Positions 27,517-37,684 are shown, counted from the first letter of the stretch. The stretch: 64,000 nucleotides of DNA from Actinocrinis sp. (GCA_035763685.1 DASUAR010000218.1:240-64239), one strand, 5' to 3'. Numbers and translations are program-made. Notes: a model not told the origin generated them from the letters alone.

Positions 27517-28598
27517 GGTTCGATCCCCTCGTCGGACGGCACGGTTCCGTTGGAAGACGCGATCTCGGTGCTCTCGGATGACGCGGCGGGCGGGTAGTAG
27601 GCCAGGACCGTGGTGATGTTGTCCTGGCCGCCGCCCTGGAGCGCGACCGCGGTGAGCGACACGCAGGCCGCCGCCAGGCCGCTCCAGCCCTCGGCGGCGA
27701 GGCCGGCCAGGTCGGCTGCGTCCCAGACGTAGTTCCACAGCCCGTCGCTGCATGCCAGCACCAGGCCAGGACCCTCCGGCGCGAAGTCGCGCACGTGCGG
27801 GGGCTCCGGCGGGGCGTCCGGGCCGATCCAGCGCAGGATCGCGTGCGCGTGCGGTGCCTTGTACGCCTCGGCCTCGTTGACGGCTCCCCCGGCGATCAGC
27901 TGTCCGGCCCAGGTGTCGTCGTCGGTCAGCCGGCGTGAGACGCCGCCTGCCGCCGCGAGCCAGTAGACGCGGCTGTCGCCTACCCATCCGACGGTGACCC
28001 GGCCGCGTTCGACGACCGCGGTCGCGATGGTGCAGGAGGGGGCGTCCGAGCGGTCCCGATACTCCTCGGCGAGGGTGGTGACCGCCTGCTGCGCGGTTTG
28101 GATCGCGGCGCTCGTCGAGGCGGGCGCGGGCTCGCCTCGGCGTAGCGCGCGCACAAGGTGATCCAGCGTGGTGTTCGCGGCCAGCTGGGAGGCGCGCTGC
28201 GGATCGACGGAGCTGGAGACCCCGTCGCAGACCACGATGACGCTCGCCGGGTACTCGGTGCCCTCGCCGATGACCGCGAAGGCCATCGAGTCCTCGTTGC
28301 GGCTGTGTCGCAGTCCACGGTCGCTCACCCCGGCGACGACGCCCAGGTCCCGCTCCCAGCGGTCGAACGGGGAGGGCGCGAGCCTGCCGCAGTTGTCGCA
28401 GTAGCCGTCGGTGAACGCGGTGCCGCCGCAGTCGGGGCACGGCAGCACGGCCGATCCAGGCGGGGCGTTGCGGCGCACCAGCAGGTCCGTGCCGCATTCC
28501 TCGCAGTAGCCGTCGCCGGGCAGCACCTGAGCGCCGCACCCGCTGCACGTGCGCGCGTCCGGCGACCCGGGGGGCGCCTGAGTCTGCGGGTCGGTCAT
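27513..28598 (-). CDS. Zinc-ribbon plus PP2C protein phosphatase
   Basis: CxxC pairs; SDRG...NED, VCDGV, VGDSR, CSDGLW, GGQDNIT; ATG overlaps kinase stop. Confidence 0.92.
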   Translation of the reverse strand: MTDPQTQAPPGSPDARTCSGCGAQVLPGDGYCEECGTDLLVRRNAPPGSAVLPCPDCGGTAFTDGYCDNCGRLAPSPFDRWERDLGVVAGVSDRGLRHSRNEDSMAFAVIGEGTEYPASVIVVCDGVSSSVDPQRASQLAANTTLDHLVRALRRGEPAPASTSAAIQTAQQAVTTLAEEYRDRSDAPSCTIATAVVERGRVTVGWVGDSRVYWLAAAGGVSRRLTDDDTWAGQLIAGGAVNEAEAYKAPHAHAILRWIGPDAPPEPPHVRDFAPEGPGLVLACSDGLWNYVWDAADLAGLAAEGWSGLAAACVSLTAVALQGGGQDNITTVLAYYPPAASSESTEIASSNGTVPSDEGIEP

Positions 28599-31117
28599 AG
28601 CAGTGTCCTGGGCCGCAGCGCGTTTGCCTGGTCCACCAGTTCGATCCGGCTCCTTCGGTCGGGGGCCATGCGGGCGCGCGCCCGGTACGAGCGCTCCAGG
28701 GCGAGGCGTACTTGCCGCTCGGTCAGGTCGGCGTCGAATACCCGGCCCTGCACGGCATTGCGCGCGACAGCAGGGGCCAGGGGGTGCGCGACGAGCCAGC
28801 CGAGCGCGCCGAGCAACACCTGGCACACCATCGATTCGTGTGCCTCACCGTCAAGGCCGAGCGCGACGACGCGGGCGCTCAGCTCGTTCAACTCGGCCGG
28901 CGTGACCCAGTCGGCGAAGCCTGGTGAGCCGATTCGGGTGGTGATCGCCTGGATCTCGGCCGCGGTGCGGTGGATCGAGGACTCGGGTACCTGGCCGAGC
29001 ACCTCCACCGCGCCCGCGTAGTCCTTCCGCGCCGCGCGCAGCCGGGCGATCGCGAAGGCGGCGGTCGCGTAGGAGCGGTCCACCGACCAGACCAGCTGGT
29101 AGTAGCGCAGGGCGGTGTCGCGGGAACCGGCCAGCTCGGCGGCGGCGGCCAGGGCCAGCTTCGGCGCCAGCTCCCCGGGCAGCTCGTCATAGCAGGCCTC
29201 GAAGTATGCGCGCGCCCCGGCGCCGTCGTCGAGGGTCAGCGCGAGCAGGCCGCGATACCAGTGCGCCCGCCAGTCGTAAGGGTCCTGCTGCTGCAGCAGA
29301 TCGAGCCAGCCGAGCGCCTCGCGCTGCCGGCCGTCCTCGATCTCGGCGCGCACCAGCCGGTAGTAGACCTCGGTGGACGGATTCGGCAGGTTGTTCAGGG
29401 TATTGATGATCTGCTGCGGGCTGCCGCCGAGGGTGGCCAGCGTGCCCGCGTTCGGGTCGGTCGGGTCGACGGTCGGGATCGGCAGCGCGGTGGCGAACTG
29501 CCTGCCGTCCGGCTGCGCCAGATCGGTGCCCACGGCCAGGCGTTCGCCGGTGAACAGGGTGGACAGGGCCGGGCGCGGCACTCCGTCGCCGAGCGCGAGC
29601 ACCTCGCGCAGCACCCCGGTCAGCTGGACCGCCATCTCGGCCGCGGCGGAGAAGCGGCGCTCGCGCTGGGCGTGCGTGGCGCGGCGCAGCGCACGGTCGA
29701 AGGACTCGTACTTGCCGAGCACCGGCACCGAGTCGCGCGGCGGCAGCGTGGTCGCGAAGGTGGAGGTGAAGCCCTTGAACTCAAAGGCGAGCACGGCCAT
29801 CATCCGGCCCACGGTGAACAGGTCGGACTCGATCGACGGGCCGTGCTCCGCGATCTCCGGGGCCTGATAGCCGACCGTGCCGTAAACCGCTGACTCATCG
29901 TCGTCGAAAGCCCGCACCGCGCCCATGTCGATCAGCTTGAGCTGCTCCTCGGACTGGATCACGTTGTCCGGCTTGAAGTCGCAGTAGAGCAGGCCGATGG
30001 AGTGCAGGTAGCCGAACGCGGGCAGTATCTCCACCGCGTAGGCGAGCACTTGCTCCAGCGGCAGCGGTTTGTTGCCGTTCTCGGCCTTGTAGTCGAGGGC
30101 GATCTGCTTGAGCGACTTGCCGCCGACGTACTCCATCACGATGTAATCGTCGACCTGGTGCCGCACGAAGTTGTAGATCTTGACGACGTTGGGGTGCTCG
30201 ACCTCGGCGAGGAACTGGCGCTCCGCCACCGCTGCGGCCAGCGCGTCGGCGTCCCCGGTGTCCAGCAGGCCCTTGAGGGCGACCCAGCGCCCTGAGACGT
30301 TGTTGTCGGTGGCGAGGTAGATCCAGCCGAGGCCGCCGTGCGCGAGGCAGCCGAGCACCTCGTATTGGCCGCCGATCAGGTCTCCGGCGGCCAGCTTGGG
30401 GTTGAAGTCGTATCCGCCGCCGCACTTGGCGCAGAAGCCGCTGGTGCGTCCCGCACGGCCCTCGCGGGAGCGGCCGACCTTCTCGCCGCACTTGGAGCAG
30501 AACCGCTTGTGCTCGGGCACCTGCGGGTCGGCGAGCACGGCCTCGCTCGGATCGCGGTACTCGACCTGCGGGATCTCGACCAGACCGAGGCCGAGGCCGC
30601 CGCGTCCGGTGGAGCGCGAGCCGTGGCTGGATCCGGTGCGGGAGGAGGCGGTGCGCGCGGAGACCGCGGAGCCGCGGGCCCGGCCGGAGGAGGTCCGACT
30701 GGAGCTGGTGCGGCTGGAGACGGCGGAGCCGCGGGCCGAGCCGGTGCGCGAGGATGCGGTGTTCGGGTGCGCCGTGCTGTCTGGCGCGCTGACGCCGGCC
30801 GAGCCGGTGTGGGCTGCGCCGGCCTGAGCAGCCGCCGCCGGCGCAGAGGTCTTATTGGACGTCGCGGCCATGCCGCAGGTATCGCAGTACCCGTCCTCGA
30901 TCAGTCCGTCGCAGCCGGGACGCCCGCAGAGCACCGGACCGGACCCGGCGGACATTCCCGTGGGCACCGCGCTCGGTCCGTGCGTGCCCACGCTGGCGAC
31001 TGCGGAAGCAGCCGCGGCGGCGGCCACCGGTGATTTCTGCGCCAGCCCGCAGGTATCGCAGTACCCGTCCTCGATCAGTCCGTCGCAGCCGGGACGGCCG
31101 CACTTGACCCCGTTCAC
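28595..31117 (-). CDS. pknG: PknG-like Ser/Thr kinase (zinc ribbons, rubredoxin, kinase, TPR)
   Basis: CSKC...CAKC; AHGGLGWIYLA; ALKGL; YCDFKPDN; LIDMG; GTVGYQAPE; ends ANALRPRT. Confidence 0.9.
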   Translation of the reverse strand: MNGVKCGRPGCDGLIEDGYCDTCGLAQKSPVAAAAAASAVASVGTHGPSAVPTGMSAGSGPVLCGRPGCDGLIEDGYCDTCGMAATSNKTSAPAAAAQAGAAHTGSAGVSAPDSTAHPNTASSRTGSARGSAVSSRTSSSRTSSGRARGSAVSARTASSRTGSSHGSRSTGRGGLGLGLVEIPQVEYRDPSEAVLADPQVPEHKRFCSKCGEKVGRSREGRAGRTSGFCAKCGGGYDFNPKLAAGDLIGGQYEVLGCLAHGGLGWIYLATDNNVSGRWVALKGLLDTGDADALAAAVAERQFLAEVEHPNVVKIYNFVRHQVDDYIVMEYVGGKSLKQIALDYKAENGNKPLPLEQVLAYAVEILPAFGYLHSIGLLYCDFKPDNVIQSEEQLKLIDMGAVRAFDDDESAVYGTVGYQAPEIAEHGPSIESDLFTVGRMMAVLAFEFKGFTSTFATTLPPRDSVPVLGKYESFDRALRRATHAQRERRFSAAAEMAVQLTGVLREVLALGDGVPRPALSTLFTGERLAVGTDLAQPDGRQFATALPIPTVDPTDPNAGTLATLGGSPQQIINTLNNLPNPSTEVYYRLVRAEIEDGRQREALGWLDLLQQQDPYDWRAHWYRGLLALTLDDGAGARAYFEACYDELPGELAPKLALAAAAELAGSRDTALRYYQLVWSVDRSYATAAFAIARLRAARKDYAGAVEVLGQVPESSIHRTAAEIQAITTRIGSPGFADWVTPAELNELSARVVALGLDGEAHESMVCQVLLGALGWLVAHPLAPAVARNAVQGRVFDADLTERQVRLALERSYRARARMAPDRRSRIELVDQANALRPRTLL
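30873..31096. repeat. Identical 50-bp direct repeat (30873-30922 and 31047-31096) inside the kinase gene
   Basis: CCGCAGGTATCGCAGTACCCGTCCTCGATCAGTCCGTCGCAGCCGGGACG twice; the protein carries CGRPGCDGLIEDGYCDTCG twice. Confidence 0.92.
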
Positions 31118-32376
31118 GCTCGCACCCCTCCCCCTCGGCCTGGCTGGTCCAGGGCCAGCACCGCCTTCTGGTACGCCGCCAGCGCCCGCGTTGACGCCGG
31201 CAGGTCGCACGGCTTGCACCACAGCAGATCGCGCGCCTCAAGGTATAGCGCCTCAAGCCGCGGATCCTCCGCAGCACCCGATCTTGCCGCGCGCACCCGG
31301 TACGCCGCCAGTCTTCCGCGCAGTTCCTCGCGGCGTTCCAGCAGCCCGGCCACCGCCTGGTGTACCCGGTTCGCGGCGGTCAGCGCGTTGTCCAGCGCGC
31401 TCTCCAGCGCCGCGGCCTCCTCGGCGAGCCGGCGCCACAAGCCGCGGTCGCGCAGCTCGGCGAGCGCGGCCAGCCGGGCGCGCAGCGCGGGCGCCTGGGT
31501 CGTGTGTGCGGGCAGCGCGCCGACCAGGATCCGCTCCCTGGTCTCGCGCTCGGCGGCGCGCTGGGCGTCCTCGACGTCGGCGATCCGGTCGATCAGCCGG
31601 GACAGCTGCGCGGTCCGCCGCTCGAAGTCGGCGCGCAGATCGGCGGCTCCGGTCGCGGCGGCCGCGACCGACTCGACATCCTGCCGGATCCGCTCGAGCC
31701 GGTTCGCGAAGGCCGAACCGGGCGCCGCGACGCCGATCGGGTCGGCGAAGACGTCGCGGCGCAGCTTCGCGTACTCGTCCCCGATCCCGGCGAGTGCGGT
31801 GGCCAGCGCGCGGTCCTCGACCTCGCGCACCACGGAGGCGACCTGCTTGAGCCGTTCCTGCACCGGGTCGGCCTGCTGGAACAGGCGGTTCCAGGTGGTG
31901 TCGGCCGCGGTGACGAAGTCGGCGGCGAGCTGGAAGTCGGTGTTCATCCGGTGCAGCGTCTCGGCGAGGCTCGCGGTCTCGCTGACCGTGCTCGGGCCGA
32001 GCAGAGTGCGTTCGGAGAGGGCCAGGTGCTTGGTGGACAGCGTGATCGACTTACCGCGCAACAGTTCGGCGATCGCGTTCAGGTCCTCGGGCCGCGGCTT
32101 GGCTCGGCGACCGCGGATCTCGCCGGCTCGGCTGAGCACGTCCTGGAAAGCGGTGTAGTCGTCCCAGAGCCCGGCTATGCGGGCGGCGGCGCGCTGCCAG
32201 CGCTGCGCGGTCAGGCCGGTCAGCGGGGCGCTGTCGAGCAGCTTGTAGCCGGGGTGGTCAGCGAGCGCGAGCAGCGCGTCGGCGACCCGGGCCGCGTCCT
32301 GGCCGAGCCGCGCGAGCTGCGCGTCGACGGCCTCGCGGGTCGGCGGGCCGAATGCGGGGAAGACCATGGCCACCAC
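31114..32376 (-). CDS. Helical coiled-coil protein of the pknG operon
   Basis: Long amphipathic helices; RREELRGRLAAYR...LWCKPCDL tail; stop overlaps kinase start. Confidence 0.8.
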   Translation of the reverse strand: MVAMVFPAFGPPTREAVDAQLARLGQDAARVADALLALADHPGYKLLDSAPLTGLTAQRWQRAAARIAGLWDDYTAFQDVLSRAGEIRGRRAKPRPEDLNAIAELLRGKSITLSTKHLALSERTLLGPSTVSETASLAETLHRMNTDFQLAADFVTAADTTWNRLFQQADPVQERLKQVASVVREVEDRALATALAGIGDEYAKLRRDVFADPIGVAAPGSAFANRLERIRQDVESVAAAATGAADLRADFERRTAQLSRLIDRIADVEDAQRAAERETRERILVGALPAHTTQAPALRARLAALAELRDRGLWRRLAEEAAALESALDNALTAANRVHQAVAGLLERREELRGRLAAYRVRAARSGAAEDPRLEALYLEARDLLWCKPCDLPASTRALAAYQKAVLALDQPGRGGGVRA

Positions 32377-32377
32377 G

Positions 32378-33412
32378 TTAGTCAGCGTATTGGGCGAGCG
32401 GCTGCTGTTGTGGGCCGAGGGCCGGTTGGAGTGAGGTCGAATAGATGTGCTGCCACTGGCCGTTGCCCCGGATCGTCTCCAGGACGCCGTTGATGAAGCG
32501 GATCAGGTCGGTGTTCGTGGAAGCGACGGCGATGCCGTACGGCTCGGGTTCGAGCTGCGGGCCGACCACCACGGTGTTCGGATCCTGTTCGGCGAGCCCG
32601 GCCAGGATGGTGTCGTCGGTGGAGATCGCGTCGACCTGCCCCTGCTGCAACGCGACGAGGCAATCGGTCAGATTGGTGACGCCGTAGCCGATCGGGTGCG
32701 ATTTGTACGTCGTGACCTTCTGCAGCGAGGTCGAGCCGATCTGGGCGCAGACCTTCTTACCGCCGAGGTCGTCGAGGGATGTGTAGCCGCTGTTCTTGAG
32801 CACGAGCAGGCGCTGGTAGGCGTCGTAGTAGACGCTGGAGAACTGGACCTGGCCGGCCCGCTCGCAGGTGATCGTGAAGGTGTCGACGACCATGTCCACT
32901 GCCTTGTTCGGGTCGCTGGTCTGTAGCGCGGTGATGCGTTCGGCGTTGGTGACCGCCCGGAATTGGATGTGGCCCGGGTCCTGGTTGCCGAAGATCGCCT
33001 GCTCGACCTGCTTGGCGATGTCCACGTCGAAGCCGGTCTCCTGGCCGGAAGCGTTGAGGTAGCCGGTGAGGTATTCATCCTGCGCGACGCCGACGATCAG
33101 CTTCCCGCGCTGCCTGATCGAGTTCACTGAGGCGCTGGTGGCGGCCCCGGCGGTCGGACGGTGCGAAAGCGCGGCGGGCTTGCAGGTGGAAGTGCTGGTG
33201 CTCGGCCCCGCGGACGGCGACCCGGTGACGAGCGCGCCAGGCTGAGGCACCGAGACGTTCGGATGCGCACCGACGTCGACCACTCCCGCGCTGCACCCGG
33301 AGACCGCGAGGACGAGAGCCGAAGCGGTCGCGGCGACTAGGAATGCTGCTGTTCGTGGCTTGCTACGCATCGCGCGCTGCCTCTTTCCCCGCGTGGCCTT
33401 CGGCCCGCTCAT
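32378..33412 (-). CDS. glnH: GlnH-like amino-acid-binding lipoprotein (SBP family 3)
   Basis: Lipobox AVSGC; GFDVDIA, TITCER, DAISTDDTILAG, EPYGIA; no ABC permease nearby. Confidence 0.85.
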   Translation of the reverse strand: MSGPKATRGKRQRAMRSKPRTAAFLVAATASALVLAVSGCSAGVVDVGAHPNVSVPQPGALVTGSPSAGPSTSTSTCKPAALSHRPTAGAATSASVNSIRQRGKLIVGVAQDEYLTGYLNASGQETGFDVDIAKQVEQAIFGNQDPGHIQFRAVTNAERITALQTSDPNKAVDMVVDTFTITCERAGQVQFSSVYYDAYQRLLVLKNSGYTSLDDLGGKKVCAQIGSTSLQKVTTYKSHPIGYGVTNLTDCLVALQQGQVDAISTDDTILAGLAEQDPNTVVVGPQLEPEPYGIAVASTNTDLIRFINGVLETIRGNGQWQHIYSTSLQPALGPQQQPLAQYAD

Positions 33413-34752
33413 CGATACTCCGCCAGCCGCCGGTTGATTCCGTACGCGGCCACGAGCGCCGCCAGCACGCCGCCGATCAGTGCGCCCCACACGCCGCCGC
33501 TGAGCGCCGAGGAGGCGCTGTCGGCGTCGGAGGCGTACGAGGCCTGAGCGTTGTTGAAGGTCTTGACCAGCGCGCCGTCCAAGGCCGCGGCCTCGGAGTT
33601 CAACGTGTTCGGGCTCGGCTGCGAGCCGTGCCCGACGATCAGGTCGACGGCACTGGAGTAGTCGCCGCCGTTCACGGCGCTCTGCACGTTCTGCATTTGT
33701 TGCCGAAGCTTGGCGTATAGCGCTGCCGCGTCACCGGTCAAATCTGCCGAATCGACGTTTCCGAGCGCGTTGGCCTGGGCCTGTGCGTCGGTTCCGTTGT
33801 CCTCGCCGCGATCGACCAGGGTGAGCGACTGGTAGGAGTCCGCGAGCGCGAGGCTGTCGCGGTCCCACAGCGTCGTGGCGACCTTGTCGAAGTCCGCCTG
33901 CGCGCGGTTCGCCGCGTTCGCGGCGGAGGAGACGGCGACCAGGGACCAGATGACGACGGCGAGCGCGATCAGCGCGCCCCACAGCATGCCCGCGTTGAAG
34001 CGCCGCCGAGTGCTGCTGGACAGTTCGCGGCCGCTGAAGACCAGGACCGTCGCCGCGAGCAGACCGGCCACGACGATCCAGATCGGGAACCCGGTGACCT
34101 CCGCCTGCCCGGAGCGCTGCGCGGCCGACTCCTCGTCGGCGACGCTCCGCACTTCGGCGAGGATCTGATCGTGCATCAGCTTCGAGGCTTCGCGCAGGTA
34201 CGCTCCGGCAACCGGGTAGCTGAGCCGGTTGTCGGCCTGCGCCGTCGCGATGTACGCCGTGTAGAGCGGCAGTTGCCCGGCGACGTTGCTCAGTTGCTCC
34301 GAGGCCGCGCCGTCGCCGGCCAGTTCCCGCGACGCCGTCGAGAGCGCGGAGACCGCCTGGTTGATGTCGCTGTTGTACAGGTCGGTCAGCCGGGTCGGCT
34401 GGACCGGCCCGACCAGCAGCCCGGTCGCGGCGGTGGCGTCGGCCTCGGCGAGAGCGTGGTAGAGCTCGTTTACGTTCTGCACCAGCTTCTCGGAGGAACC
34501 GGCCGCGTGTGTCTCCGAGGCCTGACGCGTGGCGAGCGTGGCGGCGCAGGTGCCGCCGATGGCGAGGAACGCCACCAGCGCGGCGATCAGCGCGGCCCAT
34601 AGCCGGGCCGGCGTCGTCAGCCGGCTGCGACTCGTGGCCGGGCCGGAGGGGTCAGGGCCGGCCTGCGGCGCGGCGGCGGATTGCAGCCCGCTCTCGCCGA
34701 TGCCCGCAGGCGCGTGCGTGGTCGTCGTTGCCACAGCCGAAACTGCCCCCAT
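33409..34752 (-). CDS. glnX: GlnX-like four-TM signalling protein
   Basis: TTPARL, LAEADATAAT, GQLPLYT, AGAYLREAS, TRRRFN, ends RRLAEYR. Confidence 0.82.
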   Translation of the reverse strand: MGAVSAVATTTTHAPAGIGESGLQSAAAPQAGPDPSGPATSRSRLTTPARLWAALIAALVAFLAIGGTCAATLATRQASETHAAGSSEKLVQNVNELYHALAEADATAATGLLVGPVQPTRLTDLYNSDINQAVSALSTASRELAGDGAASEQLSNVAGQLPLYTAYIATAQADNRLSYPVAGAYLREASKLMHDQILAEVRSVADEESAAQRSGQAEVTGFPIWIVVAGLLAATVLVFSGRELSSSTRRRFNAGMLWGALIALAVVIWSLVAVSSAANAANRAQADFDKVATTLWDRDSLALADSYQSLTLVDRGEDNGTDAQAQANALGNVDSADLTGDAAALYAKLRQQMQNVQSAVNGGDYSSAVDLIVGHGSQPSPNTLNSEAAALDGALVKTFNNAQASYASDADSASSALSGGVWGALIGGVLAALVAAYGINRRLAEYR

Positions 34753-34835
34753 CCGCCGTTTTCCCCGCCTGGTGGTGATCCGCTTCCACCATATTCCCTG
34801 CGAACCGTCTGCGGATGCGGGTTGCGATCCGGGGT

Positions 34836-35519
34836 TCAGGCCTCGGCGAGCAGGGCGGGCAGTTCGGTCAGGTTTGTCAGCCGGAAGTCGGCTTTGGCGA
34901 TCAGATCACTGTGCTCGGCGGCGAGGTGACCCCACGGTCCGCGCCGGATGTGCGCGGTACGCAGGCCTGCCTCCCAAGCCGGGCGCATGTCGTTGTCGAG
35001 CCGGTCGCCTACGTAGCAGATCCGCTCGGCGCTCGCGGTCGGGCGCATGGTGCGGCAGACCTCGATGATCTTGGTGAAGAAGCGCGGGTCCGGCTTGGCC
35101 ACGCCCCAGGTGTCCGAGGTGGTCACCAGGTCCACCGGCAGGCGCAGCGAGTCCAGGATCCGGTGCGAGCGGCGGGTCTGGTTCGCCGCGATGATCACCA
35201 GATATCCGGCCTCGCGCAGCGCGGCCATGGTCGGGCGGGCGTCCGGGTACAGGTCCCGCTCGCCGTATCCCTCGGGGCGCCCGGCCTCGGCCCGCCGCTC
35301 CCGCTCGGCCTCCAGGTCGAAGCCGGGGCGGAAGTAATCGAACACTTCGCGATGGTCGCGGCCGGCCCCGATCACCGCGCCGAACACCGCGCTGAAGGTG
35401 TGCCGCGGCACGCCGAGCCAGTCGGCCCAGGCGTGGTATTCGACGGTCTCGTCAACCAGGGTCTCCCCTACGTCGAAGACCACGGCCTCGATCGAACGCG
35501 TGGGTGCAGGCGTGGGCAC
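34836..35519 (-). CDS. HAD-family hydrolase
   Basis: FDVGETL, KPDP, YVGDRLDND. Confidence 0.9.
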   Translation of the reverse strand: MPTPAPTRSIEAVVFDVGETLVDETVEYHAWADWLGVPRHTFSAVFGAVIGAGRDHREVFDYFRPGFDLEAERERRAEAGRPEGYGERDLYPDARPTMAALREAGYLVIIAANQTRRSHRILDSLRLPVDLVTTSDTWGVAKPDPRFFTKIIEVCRTMRPTASAERICYVGDRLDNDMRPAWEAGLRTAHIRRGPWGHLAAEHSDLIAKADFRLTNLTELPALLAEA

Positions 35520-35720
35520 GGTCGGGACTCCTGACGCTGGATCGCTCGACCGGTTGCACAGCGCGTCGGCACGTGCATCCGATCCCCGTTCGGCCGGAGC
35601 TTAGCGAGCCGATCTCCCGGCAGCCCAGCGTTTTCAGGGTTTCTCCATACTTCCGAGCGAACTGATGTGATTCAGGAGGCGTCAGAGCCGCCGGTGCTGT
35701 GACGGATCACAGCCGCTCTC

Positions 35721-37382
35721 TCACTGGTGCAGCGCCATCTGCACGATCTTCACCACGACCAGCACCGAGGCGAGGGCGAGGTAGAGGCGCAGGATCGACA
35801 TGCCGACCTTGCGGCTCGTCGGCATCGCGGCGCGCCCGATCACGGACAGCGGCGGCATCCGCCAGTTCAGCGCGCCCGCTCGGTCGATCGATTCGGCCGG
35901 GCGGCGGCGTCGGCTCAGCAGCGCATAGCCCGCGAACACCAGGCTCAACACGCCGCAGGCCTCGATGATGTCGAGGATCTGGCCGGAGGTCAGATTCGGG
36001 TCGAGCACGGCCAGGGTCAGGATGATCGAGAGCGTGACCAGGACGGCCAGAACCGATCCGGTGAACAGGTTCGTCTTGCGTCCGTTCACCCAAGGGCCGA
36101 GCACCTGCTTGTCGTTGCACAACACCAACAGGTAGACCGATGCGGAGGGCAGCAGCACTCCGGCCATCGCCTGTACGCCGTTGGTGATCAGTCCGAGCGG
36201 CGAGCCGGGGATCAGCACGATCGTCGCGGCCACGCCGATGAGGCCCACGTAAACCGCGTAGAACCCCTTGGCCTGCTTCACGCCGCGGTGCAGCGAGTGG
36301 TTGATGCCCAGCGTGTCGCCCGCCGCATAAGCGGTGGACAGGGACACCGCGAACGCGCCGATGATCGAGGAGTCCAGCAGCGCGATCGCGAACAGGATTC
36401 CGGCGACGTGCCCGGCCTTGGCGGCGATGGCGTGAGCGAGTCCCTGCGCGTCGCTGAAGTGTCCGGCCAGGCCGGTGTTCGCGACGGCGGCCGCGGAGAA
36501 GCCGATGATCGCGGCCGCGCCGATCACCACGACGACGATGCCGATCCACAGGTCGGCCTTCTCGTACTTGATGAAGCGCGGGGTGATCCGCTTGTCGATG
36601 ACGTAGGACTGCTGGAAGAACAGCTGCCAGGGTGCGACCGTCGTGCCGACCAGGCCGATGATCAGCAGCATCACCGCGGCTTCCTGCCCTCCGCCGCCCG
36701 GCAGTTGCGGCACCAGGAAGCCGTGGGTCACCTGTCCCGCGGTCGGGTGCAGCATCAGCGCGATCGGGATCAACAGCAGGCTGCCGGCGCACAGCGTGAT
36801 CACGACTCGTTCGAACCGGCGGAAGGACCCGGTGGACGCGGCCGCGATGACGACGGCTCCGGCCGCGATCACCGAAGGCGCCTTCGGCAGGCCGAGGTAG
36901 CCGACCGCGAGGGTGATCCCGATGAACTCGGTCACCAGCGTCAGGGCATTGAGGAGGAAGAGGTCGATGACGCTGAACGCGCCCCAGAAACGGCCGAACC
37001 GCTCCATGATCAGCTTGCCGTGCCCGACGCCGGTGACCGCGCCGAGACGCACAACCATCTCCTGGTTGACGTAAAGCACCGGCACCAGCAGGAGCAGCAC
37101 CCACAGCAGGTGGGTGCCGTAGTTCTGGCCGCTCTGGCCATAGGTGGAGAACGCGCCGGCGTCGTTGTCGCCGCACATCACGATCAGGCCGGGGCCGACG
37201 ATCGCCAGCAGCGTCTTGAACTTGGCGGACAGGCCCTGGCGGGCCGCGGTGTCACCGTGCTTGATGGTGCCGAGCGCCCCGCGGATGTCGCCGACGTGGG
37301 CGTCGTCGAGCACTGCGCTCTTCGTCGAAACGGTGTGGTGCGAAACAGCGCTCTTGGCCGGGGCGATGATGAGGTCGGTCAT
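35721..37382 (-). CDS. NRAMP-related divalent metal (Mg/Mn) transporter
   Basis: GAGGAAGG RBS; GPGLIVMCGDNDAGA, QEMVVRLG, GTTVAPWQLFFQQS; about 11-12 hydrophobic segments. Confidence 0.9.
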   Translation of the reverse strand: MTDLIIAPAKSAVSHHTVSTKSAVLDDAHVGDIRGALGTIKHGDTAARQGLSAKFKTLLAIVGPGLIVMCGDNDAGAFSTYGQSGQNYGTHLLWVLLLLVPVLYVNQEMVVRLGAVTGVGHGKLIMERFGRFWGAFSVIDLFLLNALTLVTEFIGITLAVGYLGLPKAPSVIAAGAVVIAAASTGSFRRFERVVITLCAGSLLLIPIALMLHPTAGQVTHGFLVPQLPGGGGQEAAVMLLIIGLVGTTVAPWQLFFQQSYVIDKRITPRFIKYEKADLWIGIVVVVIGAAAIIGFSAAAVANTGLAGHFSDAQGLAHAIAAKAGHVAGILFAIALLDSSIIGAFAVSLSTAYAAGDTLGINHSLHRGVKQAKGFYAVYVGLIGVAATIVLIPGSPLGLITNGVQAMAGVLLPSASVYLLVLCNDKQVLGPWVNGRKTNLFTGSVLAVLVTLSIILTLAVLDPNLTSGQILDIIEACGVLSLVFAGYALLSRRRRPAESIDRAGALNWRMPPLSVIGRAAMPTSRKVGMSILRLYLALASVLVVVKIVQMALHQ

Positions 37383-37579
37383 GGTGCGCGGTCCTTCCTC
37401 ACGCCACGCACACGTCCGCGCCAGGTCGGTTTTCTTGGCACGGGCGAGCACGCACGTGTGGTCAGGCAGCGTGCGTCAGGGCCTGGCTCGACGGACCTTG
37501 GAACGCGCGAACGCGTACCCAGCGTGCGTCAAACAGGGCACGTTCGGTACGAGTGCGAGGCTTGTCGAAGGTCGGCGGC

Positions 37580-37684
37580 TCAGCGCGCCGCGCACGCCGG
37601 AATCGGATGAGGGCGTGTGTGCGCGTAGACGGATCCCGTTCTCACAGGGCCCGTACTATGGCCGGGACTACTGGGTTCCATCAT
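37580..37684 (-). CDS. Candidate Pro-rich leader peptide (34 aa) in the transporter 5' region
   Basis: GAGGGGAGG directly before ATGATG; MMEPSSPGHSTGPVRTGSVYAHTRPHPIPACAAR*; low GC3. Confidence 0.35.
   Translation of the reverse strand: MMEPSSPGHSTGPVRTGSVYAHTRPHPIPACAAR

Noticed and set aside
26200-28548. 782-aa version of the vWA ORF and 616-aa version of pip (52577..54427)
   Set aside because: The extensions overlap real upstream genes; coupled starts at 27516 and 53474 fit better
35727-37610. 627-aa plus-strand ORF, and similar long antisense ORFs such as 55181..56992, 43192..44814 and 59132..60721
   Set aside because: Shadow ORFs of high-GC genes: no motifs, and opposite well-supported genes
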